Assembly (NCBI GenBank): GCA_034226945.1
Contig: CP120461.1
Span: 558,001 to 622,000, forward strand
Source of the DNA: Picochlorum sp. SENEW3
Lineage: Eukaryota
Direction: 5' to 3'
DNA length: 64,000 bases
The notes beneath the pieces are model-generated. The model was not told the origin of the DNA, searched no databases, and saw only the letters and a program-made list of their open reading frames with translations. Position 1 is the stretch's first letter. Each line of letters opens with the position of its first letter. Shown in pieces: positions 21,819-33,604 of the stretch. The position numbers and the translations under genes were made by a program.

Positions 21819-22853
21819 ATGGTCGATCAATCTCCGATCCATTTGTATAATATACTCAAATTATTAACAATGAGCACTTTGATCCGGCAATATTGGAAGA
21901 ATGGCCGGGGATTCGTCCTTGGGCTTGCCGTTGGTGTTAGTGGGTCAGCTGCCTTTGTGTTTCAGAAAAAATACCTGATGGGACCTCCACCTTCCCATAA
22001 AGCGCTGCGATATGGCAGCCCAGAAACATCAAAGCTTCGGTATTTTACAAATTTTGTTTGTGAGGTCGATTATTCTTCAAAAAATCCCATCTGGGTGGCA
22101 GAACATATTCCTTGTCAGAATATAGAAAGCAAGGCGAGTAGGAAGGGAGTTCATTACAAAGAAGATGAGAATATCGACGAACGGTTTCGTGCTTTATTGT
22201 CTCAATATAGAGGATCAGGGTATGATAGAGGACACATGTCTCCAGCAGCGAACAACAAGTCTGATGCAATTGCAATGAAGGAATCGTTCTACTTGTCAAA
22301 TTGTTGTCCTCAGGTCGGGAAGGGGTTCAATCAGGATTACTGGGCTCGCTTTGAGAGATTTATACTTGAAATGAGGCCGCAGTGTGAGAATATTTATGTC
22401 GTCACCGGGCCATTGTATCTTCCCAAGAAAACATCTGAGAAGGAGGAAGGAGTCCGCCCGCTGGGAGCTTCATGGCATGTAGAGTATGGTCTGTTGGAGT
22501 CTCCAACCGGGAACTTGTTGGCCATCCCCACTCACTTCTACAAAGTTATTCTAGCAGAATTGAAAAATGATTCTCTTGGAGGGCAAAGTAGGCATGCTCT
22601 GGGGGCCTTTGTCATGCCAAATGCTCAGATACATCCAAAGACCCCCCTAGAATCATTTTCTGTGCCAGTGGCGCAGTTGGAGCAGGCAGCAGGGATCAAA
22701 TTTTTCCCAAAATTCTTTGATAATATAAATAGAAGCGGTAAAACCCCACTTCTCGAAGGACGAGTGAGGCCTGATGAAGAAAAAAAGTATCTGCATATCT
22801 GTGATGTCACTCAGGGATGTGCCATACCAAAGGAAGACTTCTGGAAAAAATGA
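21819..22853 (+). CDS. Endonuclease G / Nuc1 (DNA/RNA non-specific nuclease); real start may be 21870
   Basis: SGYDRGHMSPAAN, SFYLSNCCPQVGKGFN, VVTGPLYLP, IPTHFYKV. Confidence 0.92.
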   Translation: MVDQSPIHLYNILKLLTMSTLIRQYWKNGRGFVLGLAVGVSGSAAFVFQKKYLMGPPPSHKALRYGSPETSKLRYFTNFVCEVDYSSKNPIWVAEHIPCQNIESKASRKGVHYKEDENIDERFRALLSQYRGSGYDRGHMSPAANNKSDAIAMKESFYLSNCCPQVGKGFNQDYWARFERFILEMRPQCENIYVVTGPLYLPKKTSEKEEGVRPLGASWHVEYGLLESPTGNLLAIPTHFYKVILAELKNDSLGGQSRHALGAFVMPNAQIHPKTPLESFSVPVAQLEQAAGIKFFPKFFDNINRSGKTPLLEGRVRPDEEKKYLHICDVTQGCAIPKEDFWKK

Positions 22854-22877
22854 TGATCGTTATCCTTATTTATTTAT

Positions 22878-23845
22878 TTATTTATTACTCTTTTTAGAAC
22901 TAGAGAGAAACAATTTAAGTCTTCTATCGACGGATTTCACGTCCTCTTCTTTCATCACAGGATTCCCAGTGACAGTTCGATCAATGGCATCCAGAATATT
23001 TGACAAAATGGCTTCAGTTTGCACGTTCTCTTCCTTCACATCCGACACACGTCCGAATTCAGCAAAATTTGCTGCTTTTTGAACGATCGAATCCGCGCTG
23101 TCTGCATCCTCAGCACCACCTGTTGGAGAATCTGATGATGTCACAGCTGAAATCAGGGATTTCAAGGCCAATTGCCCAGGAGTGAACAAGACGAGCGCAT
23201 CACTCATAAGAATATTATTTTCTAAAAATACCTTGCCCTTCTTCAGAACATTTTTCTTCCAGGCTTCGTCCGCATCAGAGTACAATGCCTCTATCAAACC
23301 CCATAGTGCCTTGTGAGGAGGATGCACTTGCAGATCAAAACCAAGACCTTGCAGAACGGTAATCTCAAACTTTAAAATAATCTCCTCAGGCATCCCACCC
23401 TGACGATGAATATATTCTGCTGACACATAACAGTCCTCTATTTTGGATGCAAGATACAAGCAAGTCAGAACAATGTACTGCGGATCAAACTCTAAACAAC
23501 TCCTATGAACATAAAATCTCAGAAAATAGGTGCATGCGGTACAAACAACATTATCCGGTGACCCTATAGTATTCGAAAGCTCTATCAATTTCAATGCATA
23601 GTAGTGGATGAGTCTCTTTTCCTCATCCAAAGAAATTGCATCACAACTCTCAGCAGTGTCCTTTTTCTTGCTTTTTAATGCTGCCTCCCTGGACCGTTCT
23701 CTCAAACCATCCTGTACCACCACAGATTTCCATACATTCTTAGTAAAGAATATTAACGCATGGGATGTGATATCACGAGACGTACAAGTTCCTCCTGATT
23801 TTTGAACAACCATCTCTGTCGTTGGGACGACGTTGGATAATCCAT
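22878..23845 (-). CDS. CYCH: Cyclin H, 2 exons
   Basis: MDYPTSSQQRWLF first exon; TACTYFLRFY, TCLYLASKIED, LFTPGQLAL. Confidence 0.88.
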
Positions 23846-26393
23846 GATGATTGACCTATTCTTGATGGCATGTAAATTTCATAGCAGATCTTTGAAATGG
23901 ATCTAGATGTACATGCGTGCTATCTGAACTCATAAAGAGGAATGGTGAACAGGCGATCTGTGCCGTTGTCAAGTCAGCAGATATAAGCACTTTTCTCCCT
24001 CTACAGTGCATTATATTTCACGATTATTATATATTATTAAACTATATCTAAATATACATCGATTGAGGTATATATGAGCGTCATTGGTGCAGAATCAGAG
24101 ACGTGCGAGGCCATTCTTTCCGGACGTTTGTCTATCTCGTGCTGATATCCCATCCAAGGATCCCTTTGATAGGACATTAAATACCAACGCATCATCGGCG
24201 GTTGATTTGGTCACAGTCACGTCGCACACAGCTGCATAACTAAATTTCTCTGCAAATTTGGTCACAACAGAAATGGAATAGAATATAACTTATTAATTTT
24301 CAACTCAAGAGCCGCTGCGCAGGCAGCTTCTGGCTGGGAACGGAACCAACGAACAACAATTGTTAGTTGGTCTCCCGGTGGAAACTCTTCCAGGTGCGCT
24401 GCCATTCTGCGCTGCGAATTCGATCATATAATATAGTTTTTCTATTCATCATGACGCGAGTGAACCGAATGGTTGCTTCGGAGGTCACAACGACCCCGCC
24501 AATGAGACGCCGATCGAGTTGCGCCAGTTTTTGTGCAAAAGATCCTGTTTCGACGCGGATGGCAATAACAAAGTTATCTTTGCTACTGTTTGAAAAAGTT
24601 TCTGTCTGTCTGCAGATGCCTGTATGCCCTGATTGGCACCTCGCCATGACAGTTCCTGAGGAGTGTCTCTTTTCAAGTCAAACAGGGTATTTGGTGCCAT
24701 ACCCAATTCAGCGTGAGCCAAAACGCCAGAATTAGGGATACATTAGGAGCAAAACCTCGGAATAAGACTTGATTGGAAGATACTCAACGGTACTTTTCCT
24801 GCAAATGGATCCAGGCACATGCATCTCTTGTGTGAATTTCCACCTGGGCCTGTCACGCTAAATATGAGGATCTTTTGACGTTTCAAATGAGAATCATATA
24901 TATATGAAACTACGATCGTGTACTCGTTGGTAGAAGAGTTTGCTTCGTACAGCAGTACGAGAAGCAAGTCACTGCAACGCCATGGATTCCAGATGGGCTT
25001 GCAAGTTTGGCTTCCTAAAAGATATATACGGCGATCTTTGGTTTCTTATGCGTCAATTACATCGAAGAGCGCACTTTTTTCGACAATGTATACCCAGTAA
25101 GGGGCTGCCAGAGAATTCTATGAAAAAGTAGACAGGCATATTTGGGGGGCGCTGGCACTCAGCAGTCAGAGGTCCAATTGATGAACGTTGATCGCAATTA
25201 CTGCATTATCAAAGTATCACGAGGGCGGAATAAGGATTTCAAGTCCTAGAAACAATGAAGTGAGACGGTCATCTCCCACTCGAAATGTGATACCACTATG
25301 TATGAGCTTATTTTGGCTGACAAAGCTGTGCTCAGCGCATACATGCAAGTAAGGACGGGCAAAGTAGCAATATTAATTCTGAACAGTTGTATTTTGTCAG
25401 CAAAAAGATCCATTGAATCTGTGCTGGCATAAAAATGTATTGAATGGCAGTTGTGTGGCTGCCCTTTCTGTCTGAATGCCATTTCATGCACAACAAAAGA
25501 GATGAGTTCAGTGGTCGCTTGTTTAATGTGTATCTACTGTTCGATTTCCATGAAGAATGGCATAAAGAAGTGCAAGGATGGGCTGCTTTGCAGTAAGTTT
25601 GACCTGGTGGTCAACCACTTGAGACTGCAGGATCGACTACCAGCAAATTGCAAATCAAAGGTGTATCTAACACATTATGTGTCTTATGCATCAATAATTA
25701 GGCGCTCGCTTGATCAGCTATGCGCTAAAGTCGTCGTGTACAGTAGTAGTCAGTCTGTCGCAGGAATGTTGCTGGCAACAAGGACCAGCTCCTTTGGTCA
25801 AATCCATTCTTCATAGACTATTGGAATGACTTGTAAAGACATTTAGATACTTTGTCGCTGCCGATGTAGCCTGCATTTGTATTAGCCCAAGCTCACATTT
25901 GAAATCCCTGAAGTCGTTCGCGAACTGACCATCATCAAGAGAGTTTCTTTAGCATCGTTACTTACCTATGTTGAACATTACTGTATTTAGTATATCATGG
26001 ACAAATATAACCGTCAATAGTCAGGCATTTCCAGAAATAAATGAGGAGTGCAATGACTTCCCTACCAATCTACCCACATGAGGCCGTTCAAAAGCCTTCT
26101 TTGACCGTGGGCAACTGTCCTCTCGGGCTTCCCCGGCCTCGCACGTCTCTGATACTGCACCAATGACGCTCATATATACCTCAATTGATGTATATTTAGA
26201 TGTAGTTTAATAAAATATAACTATCGTAAAATTTAGTGCACTGTAGAGGGAGCAAATCGCTTATATCTGCTGACTTGACAACGGCACAGACCCGTGAACA
26301 GGCATTCCTTCAATCGACACATTTCAAAATCAAATGATGACTTCAGAATGATGGGGATAGATCACACACATTATCTTAAAATCGAAAATCAGG

Positions 26394-28287
26394 ATGAAAT
26401 CTGTGTGGATATCTGGCGCAGGGTCAGGAATTGGCTCGGGCCTTGCCCATGAAATGGTTTTGAACAGGATGTATTGTGCCACCTTGGTGGATAAAGACGG
26501 ATCTAGTTTAGATAGAGCTCTAAAAGGTGATTTAAGAGACAAAAATGGCGATTTAATCCAGGGATACCAGGTGGATGTCACGGATATCGATGCCCAACGA
26601 CGTGCATTTGCAGCACATGTGAGTACATTCGGATCCCTTGATGTGGCGATTTTGAATGCTGGGATCGGAGAGACGGATGATTTTATTGGAGGAGAAGACT
26701 GGAAAAGGTGCTTGGATGTCAACTTGGTGGCAGTAATGGAAGGTATTCGAATTGCCGTTCAAAACATGCAACGGGTTCAAACTGCTGGAGAATTCCAGAC
26801 AATCATGGTGGTTGCTTCTGCTGGTGCCCTCTGGGCGATGCCGTTTTCTCCCGTATATGCTGCATCAAAAGCAGGTATTGTGATGCTCGTGAAATCGCTC
26901 GCTCCTAGACTTTGGAGCAAGTACAGGTATGTCAAACCATATCTGAAACTCCTGAGTAAGGAATGTGTAGAATTGATTGACGGTATTTTGGTTGTACAGA
27001 ATTCGCTTGATTGCTGTTTGCCCTCAATTTGTGGATACTCCATTAGTGGCCCGTTATGCAGCGACACTGCGATCCACAGTAAAAAGTATGCTGACAGTAC
27101 CTCAAGTTTCCCGGATCATGGCTGATGTTATAGGCGAAGACAGCAGTACCATTGCGCCAGGAGATGTAGTGTCTCTCATGACGGATGGGGAGCATACTGT
27201 GTACAGGGTATCACCAAAGATAACTCTATCACCATACAGTCATGTACCGCGTCAAGCTAGAAAAATCATTGTAGATAAAATGTCTCATGACTTTCGCAAA
27301 GCAACACGAATTGTGAGTTTTGAGTTGAACAAGGTTCCCAAGCCAGGCCATGTGCTTGTGAAGAATACATACTGCGGTGTCAATGCGAGTGATGTCAATT
27401 TCTCTGCTGGAAAATATCACGGAAACAAACCACCTCTACCAATGGATGCTGGGTTTGAAGCAACGGGGATCGTCGTAGCTGCATCACCTGATGTTGCAGA
27501 TCATGTTCGTGTTGGCCAAGCTGTAGCGTTTCTTCAGTATGGGGGGTTCTCCGAATACAAAGAAGTACACTTCAAGCATTGTTTCAAAGTTCAGAAATCT
27601 ACTCCTGAGGTGATAGCATTGTTAACGTCGGGGCTGACTGCATCAATCGCTCTCGAACAGGCTGCTAGAATCCAGCCTGATGACACTGTCCTTATCACAG
27701 CAGCGGCAGGAGGAACTGGCCAGTTTTTTGTGCAACTTGCCAAGCGAGCTGGAGCTCAGGTTATAGCTACATGTGGAAGTGAGGAAAAAGGGAAACTATT
27801 GTCCAAGTTGGGAGCCGACGTAATAATTAATTACAAGGTGGAAAATGTCAAAGACGTGCTTACCAAAAGGTTCCCAAAGGGAGTTTCTCTCGTTATCGAA
27901 CTTGTTGGTGGTGACATGTTTGATACTGCTCTCAAAAGTCTTTGTCCGAACGGAAGGCTGGTTATCATCGGTGCTATGAGCCAATATGGCAGCGGGTGGC
28001 AACCATCAGCACTGAGAGGAGTTCCTGAACGTCTGCTGGCTAAGAACCAGTCTCTGATAGGATTTTTCCTCTTAAACTATGCCAAGCTTTTCCAAAAGCA
28101 TTTCAACATGCTGTACAACCTTTGGAGGGACTCCAAATTGCATGTAGCTTTGGATCCAAAAGCCTTCCATGGGATTGACAGTGTCTTTGATGCCGTGGAA
28201 TGGCTTCAGAATGGCAACAGCCAAGGAAAGGTCACAATATGTCTGGATTGCCCTCAAAATGATAATAAAATCCGTAGTAAATTATGA
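26394..28287 (+). CDS. SDR + MDR (quinone oxidoreductase-like) fusion, plant ARP/NQR type; one intron near 26928-26999
   Basis: SGAGSGIG, LNAG, YAASK (SDR); GVNASDVNF, TSGLTASIALE, TAAAGGTGQF (MDR). Confidence 0.88.
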
Positions 28288-28344
28288 AGAAACGTTCAGA
28301 AAGTTACGAGCGGTAATAGAAAGGGTTTTCCTTGGGTGAGAGTC

Positions 28345-28866
28345 ATGGGAGACGACACCCACGCAAATATCCCCGAGCCTAGCTCATCCAAAGATTTTTC
28401 ATTTGATCAGCATGACGTTGCTCAGGGAGAAGATTCTCCAAAGATAATCTCACCTGCACGGCCTCGTCTAGAAACACCGACTCTCGTGCCAGTGTCGGAT
28501 AGGCATGTTCTGGTCACACCTGCACCAGGAGGATCACGCTCAGAGTCGATATATGAATTGATGAGAGATTGGGTCCATGGTCCTGAATCATTGGTAGTGG
28601 CTCTGGCCGATAGAGAGAAGCAGCAGCAGCAGAAGGGTTCCTGTGGTCTTCAACCCCCTCGTGTACGAGCCTCAGGAGCCTCTAGTACGATAGATCAAAA
28701 GCCTCTTACGTTTCATATGGATGATGGCGTCATGGCGAATCAAACAGAGCCAACCCTTGAATCACATCTACGGAGATGGAAGGCTCTTGGAAAGCGGCGA
28801 AGAAAAGAATTTCAGCATAGAAAGGCACTAGGTTTTGAAAAGCTCGGACGACGTATGCAGATATAA
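28345..28866 (+). CDS. LIN37-like protein (DREAM/MuvB complex)
   Basis: SIYELMRDWV and LESHLRRWKALGKRRRKE match the two conserved LIN37 blocks as recalled. Confidence 0.6.
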   Translation: MGDDTHANIPEPSSSKDFSFDQHDVAQGEDSPKIISPARPRLETPTLVPVSDRHVLVTPAPGGSRSESIYELMRDWVHGPESLVVALADREKQQQQKGSCGLQPPRVRASGASSTIDQKPLTFHMDDGVMANQTEPTLESHLRRWKALGKRRRKEFQHRKALGFEKLGRRMQI

Positions 28867-28904
28867 TAATACACACATGCATATAATCCTGTGAAGAAAA
28901 CACC

Positions 28905-29549
28905 CTATCCAAAGTCTTTGCCTCCAAAATTGTCCGATTGTAACACACTGTCTTGCAAATGTCCTACAGCATTCCATTCTTCTACTTCCCAGCCCAAATA
29001 TCCGTGACTGTTATATGAGATCCGTACTTTCGATACACCACAATTAGCCATACTAGGCATCTTTTCGTTGGGAGCCATCCATGAAGAGCATGCGCTGGAA
29101 AACCCACCATGAGTCATCACCATGACGTTGGCATGCCCACATCGTATTGCATCTCTTGCAATAGACTCGAGTGCCTTTCTCGAGCGAATCCTGAGGTCCT
29201 CAAAAGTCTCAACACCAACTCCACGCCGAATGTGCTGCAGAACTTCCCTGTCCAACAGCCTGCCTTCATACACTCCAAGTGACCTCTCCTTCAATTCTTC
29301 AACCTTTTTCGGTTGTTGATACTGAACACCTCCCCCGATTTCCTCTACACTTTGAATACATCTCAACAGTGGGCTGGTATATACCGCATCAAACGTATAC
29401 TCTATGCCCACACTGCGAGCCTGTTGCTTTCCCTTTGCCGTAAGACCAGGCCCAGGCTCTAACGAGCCTTGCAACCGCTTTTCAATGTTCCATGCGGTCT
29501 CTCCGTGACGAATCAGATACAGATGCAAGTATTTGTATTTATTGTTCAT
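28905..29549 (-). CDS. Histidine phosphatase / phosphoglycerate mutase family protein
   Basis: LIRHGETAWN, SPLLRC, LKERSLG, VMTHGG; start uncertain. Confidence 0.88.
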   Translation of the reverse strand: MNNKYKYLHLYLIRHGETAWNIEKRLQGSLEPGPGLTAKGKQQARSVGIEYTFDAVYTSPLLRCIQSVEEIGGGVQYQQPKKVEELKERSLGVYEGRLLDREVLQHIRRGVGVETFEDLRIRSRKALESIARDAIRCGHANVMVMTHGGFSSACSSWMAPNEKMPSMANCGVSKVRISYNSHGYLGWEVEEWNAVGHLQDSVLQSDNFGGKDFG

Positions 29550-29875
29550 ATCGAGACATCGATCAGGGTGATCCTCCGCACTCTTGAGTTTCAGGACCAC
29601 TGAGCAAGGTCGCGCCCAACTTGAGCGACCTTTCCAAAGTTCTAGAAAGTTCCTCTGTAGCGATGCATGTTAGGATACTATACGACGCCTCCTGCTGCGT
29701 CCTGAAGAATGTAAAGCATTTCTTTGATTGAATAGAAGAAGGATCACCTGTAGAATATCAATACGACCTATTGGTATCGATATTGAAACAGCTGGGAACA
29801 GACGACGACGAGCGTGGTTGTCCCTGCGGCGGAAGTATTTCGAGGAGATATTGTTGTCATTAAATACGCTAAGAA

Positions 29876-32379
29876 ATGTCTGTAGCTGGAATAGATGTAG
29901 GGAATGCGGCGAGTTGCATCGCACTCGCCAGGAAAGGAGGTGAGTGACTGAGACTTGGCATTGATCAGACCAACACCGTTGTGCTGTGGCACCTCGTTGG
30001 CTGGATTGAATACTGTGAATATTGATAGTATGTATAACTGATGCTTCTATTGTGATCGTAGGAGTCGATGTCTTGTTGAATAAAGAGTCAAACAGGGAGA
30101 CGCCAAGTGTGGTGACGTTTACTCAGAAACAGCGTCAGATGGGTACGGCTGCGGTGGGTGGCATGGCAACAAACCCTAAAAACACTGTCACTGAGATTAA
30201 GAGACTGATGGGGAAAAAGTTTAACGATCCAGAGGTTCAGGCGGACAAAGAGTCTTCTCCATTTGCTATTGTTGAAGGTGAGAATGGGGAGTGCATGGTG
30301 GAGGTGAACTATCTTGGACAAGCGACTCGCATGAGTCCGGAGCAGATCATGGCTGCCCTTCTGGTGGATTTGCGTGAGATTGCTGAAAAGGAGAGTGGAG
30401 CTCCTGTGAGCGATGCTGTTCTGTCAGTTCCAGTGTTCTACACAGAGAGGGAGCGATATTCCATGCTAGCTGCAGCTCGGATTGCTGGGCTCAATTGTTT
30501 GAGGCTTTTGGATGAGACAACTGCCACAGCTCTTGCGTATGGAATTTATAAGACGGATCTTCCAGAGAATGAGCCTCATCACGTCGTCTTTGTGGATATA
30601 GGTCATTCAAGTACCCAAGTGTGTGTTGTGGCATTGAAGAAGGGAGAGCTTGCGGTACTCTCTAATGCTTGGGATCGTAACCTTGGTGGCAGAGATTTTG
30701 ACAGAGTTCTCTTTGATCATTTTACCGAGGAATTCAACGAGAAGTACAAGATCGATGTGAAGTCGAATCTGAGGAGTTCATATCGTTTGATGAGAGCATG
30801 TGAAAAGACTAAAAAAGTCTTGACAACAAATCCAAAGGCCCCGATTTCTGTCGAGTCTTTGACTCCAGATGTGGATGCCAATGGTATGATTTCGAGAGAT
30901 GTCTTTGAAGAGAAGTCAAAGTCCATTCTGGATAGACTCCTGACTCCGGTGCAAAAGGCTGTGGAAAGGGCAGGACTTGGTCCAGAGCAAATCAACTCAG
31001 TGGAGATTGTAGGGGGAAGCACTCGCATGCCTTCCGTTCAAAAGCTCATTGAAGGTTTCTTTGGTAAAGAGCCATCAAGGACACTGAATTCAAAAGAGAC
31101 TCCATCTCGTGGGTGTGCCCTCCAGTGTGCAATGCTCTCTCCAGCATTCAGAGTCCGTGAATTCCAAGTTCAGGATGCCTTCCCGTACAGCATCGAATTC
31201 ACATGGGAAAAGGACGGAGAAAAAGTATCTAATGTCGTGTTTGATAAAGGCACCCATGTTCCCTGTGCGAAAATGCTGACCTTTTACAGATCTGAGCCAT
31301 TTGATATCGAAGCTCATTACACTGACGACTCTGATATACCTCAGACTGCTGACAAATCAGTTGGGAAGTGGACAGTTGGCCCATTGCCTAAATTGCCATC
31401 TGGTGAAAAAGCGAAACTGAAGGTGAAAGTTGTCCTCAACAAGAGTGGTGTTGTTGCCATGGAATCTGCCAACATGATTGAGGAAACTGAAGTTCCAGTG
31501 GAACCTACTCCCAAGGATGAGCAGATGCCAGATGCTGACAACAATAAGGATGCAAGCGAAGACAAATCAAACGACAAGAAGGAGGAGGAACAGCAGCAGC
31601 CAGAGGCCCCCAAGACAAAAGTCAAAACAAAGAAAACTGCAGTCAACTTTACAACCATCACGAGCGAGCTCTCGGAGGAAAAGGTTCAGAAACTTTTCGA
31701 AGCTGAGAGTGAAATGGCTCTCCAATCAAGGATTCAGGAAGAAACAGCGGATGCCAAAAATGCCGTCGAATCTTTCGTGTATTCTCTCCGAAATCAGCTC
31801 TATGAAGAACTTGCTTCCTTTGTTCATCCTGACAAGAAGCAAGAGATCATGTCCGCCCTCGACGCTGCCGAAGAGTGGTTGTATGATGAAGGAGAGGATG
31901 AAAAGAAAAGCGTATACATAGCAAAGTTGAAGGAAATGGAAAAGATGGGAAATCCAATCAAGAGCAGAGCCAAGGAAGCAGAGATGCGCCCAAAAGCATC
32001 AGAATCTCTTAGAAAACTGTGCAACGACTTCATCGCTGCGGCCCAGGGAGGCAATCCAAAGTATGCACACCTGACTGAAGAAGAACTGGGCAAAGTTACA
32101 CATGAATGCCAAGATGCCTTGGCATGGCTTGAAGAGAAGGAGAAGGTTCAGGCATCATGCCAACCATTTGATGACCCTGTCCTTTTGGCAGAAGACATTA
32201 CCAAACGCGCTGAGACAGTCTCCGTCTTCTGCACTCCAATTTTGAATAAACCACCTCCAGCTCCTCCAGCAAAAGAAGAAGAAGAAAAGCCAGAGGACAT
32301 GGAGACTGAGGCAGCCAAGACAAATGATGGAGAGGAACAGGCCACTGCCATGGAAGAAGACGCAAAGGCAGATGAGTGA
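29876..32379 (+). CDS. Hsp110/SSE-type Hsp70; exons 29876-29939 and 30062-32379
   Basis: MSVAGIDVG|...NKESNRETP, TALAYGIYKTDLP, RGCALQCAMLSP, KNAVESFVY. Confidence 0.95.
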
Positions 32380-32434
32380 TTACAACAACAACAATAATAT
32401 AGATACCTTAAAGTTTAATCTGCGTCTAATAAAT

Positions 32435-32854
32435 CTAGTACCCCCTCGCCTTTCTCTTCAATATCCATCGCATCTTTTCTTTAAACGCTCTCGTTCTAAT
32501 CCTTTTCTCAGCATCTTCCCTCATTTTCTTCCTCTCCTGACATGGCTTCACGTACACTCGTTGCTTCATCCATGTCTCTCGAATCCCTTCATCAATCAAT
32601 TTCCTTCTCAACATCCTCAATGCCCTATCCACTTTATTCCCATGCACATCCACACTGACTATTCCCCTTTGCTGCTGCTGCTGGAAGCAAGCTGACACCC
32701 CTACATATCCATCTTCAGACCTATTAACCAACGATTTCTGTGCCATCGACGCGAGAGAGCGCATTCCTGGGGGGCCAAGAACCTGCTCCTGCTGATTTTG
32801 GAACAGCCTTCCCAGGCATCCCGTGCATACTGAGAGGCTCCGCTTCCACATCAT
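32435..32854 (-). CDS. Mitochondrial ribosomal protein bS21
   Basis: Presequence ending QQQRGI; VDVHGNKVDRALRMLRRK, YVKPCQER. Confidence 0.85.
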   Translation of the reverse strand: MMWKRSLSVCTGCLGRLFQNQQEQVLGPPGMRSLASMAQKSLVNRSEDGYVGVSACFQQQQQRGIVSVDVHGNKVDRALRMLRRKLIDEGIRETWMKQRVYVKPCQERKKMREDAEKRIRTRAFKEKMRWILKRKARGY

Positions 32855-33604
32855 CTATCTATCTATCTATAATATACAAAGCATTTGGGAAATAACATAA
32901 GGAATGAAGCACATATGGCGATAGTCAGCCCTTGACCCAAATTAGATTGTGTGGTCCTATCAAAATCGATTTTAATGGGAGATATCGAGGCTAATGCAAT
33001 AAATCTACGTGAAGCACTTGAATACGGTATATGGACGACGAATGGAGCCCTTACGCAGATATTATTTGCTTGGAATTGTTGAAGAAACACAAGAAACGGT
33101 GCGTTTGTGGTCGGGCGGGGATTATTTTGTATTGGGGTTTCGGGTTTTCCGAAACAATTTCAGACCGGATAATGTCGTAATTTAGTGGTGTTTGTGTCAT
33201 ATATATCACAAAATGGAGTTAAAAATTGTAATGGGAGCTCACTAGGTTTGAGAATATCTTACTGGGTGAAGGTTGGGAAGGCCGTGTTGACGGGCTGTAA
33301 GCCATCATATCATATAATCACGTTCAACCGTACTATGAAGTAGTTCTGCGTCGTGCGCTTTCGGTTTCAATAGAAATTCACATTATTGACATAAAATTTA
33401 CGTACAGGTGTGCGCGAACACAGGTTTGTGTGGTACTTCGCGACGACGTATTCGGGGAGTTTTCAGAGGCAGCAGGGTCAGAGGTTCTGCTGCTGTCAAT
33501 TTTGACGCGATCTGACTGAGAGTTCATTATGATTTTCTGCTAGACTTGAGGAAGGAAAGTCTCGCGAGCTGATATTATTATAATCTTTTTTTCTGGGCTG
33601 CACG

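Noticed and set aside
25958..25968. TACTTACCT, similar to the U1 snRNA 5' end
   Set aside because: No U1 stem-loops or Sm site follow
26394..28287. SDR-MDR fusion as a novelty
   Set aside because: Known architecture in plants
30171..30183. Telomere-like AAACCCTAAA
   Set aside because: Single copy inside the Hsp110 CDS; not an array or a telomerase template context
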